A stretch of DNA of 64,000 nucleotides from Trichinella spiralis (lineage: Eukaryota). How positions within the stretch are numbered: the first letter of the stretch is position 1; every line of letters begins with the position of its first letter. The position numbers were made by a program, and so were the translations under genes. Positions 61,145 through 64,000 of the stretch are shown here, one piece after another. The stretch is taken from NCBI RefSeq assembly GCF_000181795.1, contig NW_003526941.1, forward strand, positions 4,305,218 through 4,369,217. Reading direction: 5' to 3'. Under the pieces are notes generated by a model that was not told the DNA's origin, did no database searches, and was given only the letters and a program-made list of their open reading frames with translations.

Positions 61145-62889
61145 TACGTATGTGTAATCAGAGTACTTCGATTACATTAGGTTATTCAGTTCACTGCAAT
61201 GCTATCAGCCAGGCACGTGGTCAACTATAATTCTGCTCTTCAACGCGTTGGTAAGTTGGATAAGTTGGATTTCATATTGTAGTGTTGGTATGCTATGCAT
61301 GTCATTTACTAATATGGTGAATGCAAACTGACAGGTCTCTTTCTAGTATTATTATTATTGCTAACTTTTAGATACAGTTTGTATCTTATACTGAAGACGT
61401 ATACTAAAGACGAAGTTCGTATCTTTCTTTTGTATTTTGAGATGACTGCATTGATATAATTCACTTTCAGAATTTATTTTATATTCATATCAGTGGACGT
61501 GAAACAACCAGATTCTGAAAACTAACTGAATATGGTAATTATGCATCATAATAATTTTGCACAGCTTTTGATTTGGATTGGTTTATTTCTGTTAACTTTA
61601 GATTGTAGGTTAGCGCAAGGCCATACAGAGCACCACATTACTTTCATCCTAACTGCAGTACCAACAAATTATCATGTATATAATATCATCGATTGGGTGG
61701 CCTTGATTTCAATAACTTTAAAAATTGAAAATTACATTGGAAATATATAGTTTTTTAGATGCTTCAGAAATATAGTTTTGCAGCCTTATGTTTTGCAATG
61801 GAATATCTGTAAAGACTGAAGGTAAAAGTTGTTTCAATTTATATAACGCTGCATTGATTACATTTTAGAAAATTTCAACTTTTCATTCATTTCATATTTC
61901 AATGTCCTTTATTACATAACAAGTACATAACAGGTAAGTAGTTGTTGCTGCTCTATCTATAATTTTCGTGTATTTTATTGGAACTGATCATTTAAATTAT
62001 AAAGAAATTTATAAAAAACAGAAAAAATGTAATTGAAGACGAATTACAGTGCATTATAATTTCTGAATTCAATTTCTGTTTTATTTTTTTGTTTTATTTA
62101 ATCCTTTTTCAGTTTCATGTCGATATTTCATGTCACAGTGAAAGTCAAGTGTCTCAACTGTTCCCCTTCTGATTTTCCTCATCGTAAGAGTAAGAATAAA
62201 TAAGATATTGTATATCGCATAAATGGATCACGTCAAACCAATCGAAGAGGTTTGGATTCAAAATACATTATGCCATCCGACAGTTACCACCAGTTGCCAT
62301 CAGCGTTCAAAAAGCTTATGACAAATATCAGTAAGTATTGAGTTTGTTTAGTTTGATAACAAGAACAAGAAAATAAGTATTTGAACAAGTAACAGATTAC
62401 GTCATCTCAATCGAACTGTTTTGGCGTTCCGTTCTCTCTGGCTACCGTGGTATGTCAAGTTTACATCAATGCGTTCAAAATGTGGCATCACAAAAATATG
62501 TAAGTCCATGATAACAATGGATCGCACGTTTCTACTCCGTGTTAGTTGAAGTGCGCGTAATCGCATTCCTCAGTGGCCCCATTGTACTTGCCAGTGCAGT
62601 AAATTAGCATAAAGGCATTTCCTACTGGTTCCAATGTGTCACAAAGGATAATCACATTGGTAGTAAAAGCTTACGTCAACGTCGCAGATCACATTTCTGA
62701 TGCCGTTGCGTTGGTTGAATCTGGAACTTTGATAATGATTTCATTGCAATTCCGTACGTACATTTTACTTTATACTGTGTAAATAAACTGAAATAAGTTT
62801 TTTAATTTATTTTTTAGCATTTGCGATTCACACTGCTTTTCACGGCTTTTTCAAAGAGTTCCAATCCTTGACGTACCAAGATTCTTCAG
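61145..62889 (+). pseudogene. Degenerate multi-exon segment, paralogous (inverted) to 1-955; weak CUB-domain-like signature
   Basis: AG/GT-bounded segments at ~61180-61250, 62113-62330, 62396-62499, 62574-62752, 62818-62889; in-frame TAA at 62201; NK*DIVYRINGSRQTNRRGLDSKY resembles the CUB C-terminal strand motif. Confidence 0.35.
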
Positions 62890-63340
62890 GTATTTAAGGT
62901 ATGTCTAACTTTTAAGAACGGAATGTGAAATGCAACTGCCTTCTACGTGCTAAGAACAGGTAAGTAAGAACAGGTGAAGGAACAGGTATGGTAGAGAAGA
63001 CAAGTGGCGAACAGGTAAGCATGCTACTTAATGGGTCACTCAGACAAGAATGCAAATTTTAATTTGATTTTTAAAATGATTTTTATTAATTTGGTTTTTA
63101 AAATGATTTGTGATGCCTTGTTTAGGCTACAATTTTAGATCCAGATTCAGAGATTCAGTTACAAGTGAGTACTTGGATAGGGCGCAAGAATACAGGTAAG
63201 TAATTCATAATTGAGGTAAGTAAAAAGTAAGGCAAAGTAAGTAAAAGTAAAAGGTAAGTCAGGTAAGTAGTGTACAGCGAGAAGGTAAGTAAAATTCTAA
63301 AGGAAAGACTGTAAGTAAAAGGAATAAAAAGGAATAAAAA
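62887..63340 (+). promoter_or_regulatory. Array of 5' splice-donor consensus motifs around an acceptor cluster, followed by two AATAAA
   Basis: GTAAGT at 62960, 63196, 63216, 63237, 63254, 63263, 63285 and 63311, plus near-consensus donors; AATAAA at 63323 and 63333. The motifs are seen; the function is inferred. Confidence 0.55.
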
Positions 63341-63349
63341 GAATATTTA

Positions 63350-63920
63350 ATATGCAAATTTTTAATCGCCTGGGGGTAATATGCAAATTTTTATTGCCCT
63401 CAGGCTATGCCCAGGGCTATGCTTCAGGCAAAATTTCGAAAATTTCGAAATTTTTAAAATATAGCCCGAGGCTTTGCCCTCGGGCTACGCCCCAGGGCAA
63501 ATAAAAATTTGCATATTCCCTCAGGCTATGCCCCAGGCAATTTATAGCACAATATTTGACCTAAGGGGGGTTTTATGCAAATTTTTAATCGCCTGGGGGT
63601 AATATGCAAATTTTAAATGCCCTCAGGCTACGCCCGGGGCTATGCCTCAGGCAATNNNNNNNNNNNNNNNNNNNNNNNNNNNNNNNNNNNNNNNNNNNNN
63701 NNNNNNNNNNNNNNNNNNNNNNNNNNNNNNNNNNNNNNNNNNNNNNNNNNNNNNNNNNNNNNNNATATGCAAATTTTTATTTGCCCTCAGGCTACGCCCG
63801 GGGCTATGCCTCAGGCAATTTTTCGAAATTTTCGAAATTTTTAGAAATTTAGCCCCAGGCTATGCCTCAGGGCAAATAAAAATTTGCATATTACCTTTAG
63901 GCGATTAAAAATTTGCATAA
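63350..63920. repeat. Palindromic (fold-back) satellite or MITE-like array, ~220 bp units, interrupted by an N gap
   Basis: ATATGCAAATTTTTATTTGCCC ... GGGCAAATAAAAATTTGCATAT inverted arms; internal GCCYCRGGCTAY and TTTCGAAA subrepeats. Confidence 0.85.
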
Positions 63921-64000
63921 ATCCTCTTGGGGCAATTATTTTTTCCTGTGCATTTATTATTCATTGTCATTTCTTAATTGCCCTTTGCAATTCCGTATTT

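Overview
AT-rich eukaryotic genomic DNA with very short (about 50-80 nt) introns and TTTCAG-type acceptors, read as a nematode scaffold (most likely Trichinella; inference from composition and gene style). Three N gaps plus one 10-N gap are present. A compact housekeeping block at 7-27 kb holds two paralogous serpentine GPCRs, Tollip, DPM1, Nup62, CNOT11, SPCS1, a DUF1757-like gene and BMS1, with several operon-like spacers. A ~23 kb PKA catalytic subunit (kin-1) locus follows, with up to eight candidate alternative first exons that are all phase-compatible with common exon 2. Then come a legumain gene and a repeat-rich right end. That end carries a decayed Gypsy LTR element (LTR, PBS, TSD) inserted into a degenerate exon-like segment that has an inverted paralog at the window's left edge, a dense array of perfect 5' splice-donor (U1-binding) motifs ahead of two AATAAA signals, and a palindromic satellite. 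Most notable: the PKA first-exon battery, the splice-donor array and four GC-AG introns. The 3.14 kb tandem duplication across the 10-N gap is probably an assembly artefact.
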